A stretch of DNA of 7,906 nucleotides from assembly GCF_006345805.1 (NCBI RefSeq), contig NW_021828683.1, forward strand, positions 1 through 7,906, read 5' to 3'. Both the position numbers and the translations under genes were made by a program. Source of the DNA: Octopus sinensis (taxonomy: Eukaryota). A model generated the notes under the pieces. The model did not search any database and was not told the DNA's origin. It was given only the letters and a program-made list of their open reading frames with translations. Shown here in pieces: positions 7,031-7,906 of the stretch. Position 1 is the stretch's first letter. Each line of letters begins with the position of its first letter.

Positions 7031-7551
7031 ACATGGATCCGGGTTTTGTCTCACTGCTTGGTACCTTGAACGAGTGTCTCTTGTTATAGCCTCGGGTCGG
7101 CCAAAGACTTGTTGCTGGATTTGGTAGACGGAAATTGAAAGAAGCCCTTTATATATGTATATATATATGTATATATGTATGCATATATATATATATATAA
7201 TATATATATATATATATACATAATTAAGGATAAATTCATTAAGAATTAATGATTTTATCAGTGACCAGCATATAATAAAAACCGTATAGGTAAAATCAAA
7301 AAAATTTATTTATGTATATTTCTATTTTTATGTGCGTGCGTTTTTGTGTTTGTGTTTCTGTTTGTTCCTCACCACCGTTTGACACAACCGATGTGGTGTG
7401 TTTGCGTTTCTGCAAAAGACACTTGAAGAATAAGTACCAGGCTTTTTAAAAAATAAGTACTGGGGGGTCAGTTTGTTCGACTAAAATCTTGAAGGTGGTG
7501 CCCTAGCATGGCCGCAGTCTGATGACTGATATATGTAAAAGAATAAAAGAA
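7031..7551 (+). mobile_element. tRNA-derived SINE, family B, 5'-truncated, with expanded internal (TA)n and an extra AT-rich insert
   Basis: 7031-7147 aligns to 5718-5833. The (TA)n run spans 7149-7220. caccaccgtttgacacaacc (7370-7389) matches cataccatcgcttgacaa of the 5676 copy, and the copy ends in gtaaaagaataaaagaat like that copy. Confidence 0.8.
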
Positions 7552-7574
7552 TTATTATGATTCATTATTGTATT

Positions 7575-7630
7575 AAGGCGACGCGCTGGCAGAGACGTTA
7601 GAGAATCGGTCAAAAGTGTCGTTCCGTCTT
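7575..7630 (+). mobile_element. SINE family A 5' head fragment
   Basis: aaggcgacgcgctggcagagacgttag resembles aaggcggcgagctgacagaa (reverse complement of 471-490) and the cgttag of the 2435 copy. Confidence 0.6.
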
Positions 7631-7906
7631 TCAAGACTTGAGGAAGGTTTCTGTGCTATTTTTAGTGGGTTTGATTACACAGAGGATTCCTGCGTTTATT
7701 GCTGTTCTTTATCACTGTTCATTCATTAAACAAAGCCGCAATATTTGTAATATATGCAGAGTGTGAAGAGAGGTGCTAATTTATATTGAGTTATTGATGT
7801 GTTACATGATGGTTAATGTTGACAAATCAGAGGTCAGGAACTGTCTCAAGCGGCATCGTCTCACTGTAATTTGGAAACACAAAAATATTCGAAATATTGC
7901 TGAGAA

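Overview
AT-rich, microsatellite-dense eukaryotic DNA made almost entirely of transposable-element debris. I find no supportable host gene, RNA gene or CRISPR array. The repeat types resemble, from memory, those of octopus (cephalopod) genomes; this is an inference and no search was run. Contents: (1) a frameshifted Tc1/mariner transposase N-terminal fragment (25-349, minus); (2) a same-orientation, head-to-tail stack of three 5'-truncated R4/Dong-like RLE non-LTR retrotransposon 3' ends from two families, separated by (TAA)n tracts and abutting a ~350 bp pure (CTT)n-type pyrimidine tract (937-2430); (3) about nine pieces of a tRNA-derived SINE (family A, some weak) and two copies of a longer tRNA-derived SINE with an internal TA/TG microsatellite (family B); (4) many simple repeats. 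All ORFs in the supplied track look like artefacts of simple repeats or TE remnants. The real coding remnants are on the minus strand, frameshifted, and absent from the track. The most interesting structure is the Dong/R4 pile-up in a (TAA)n target.
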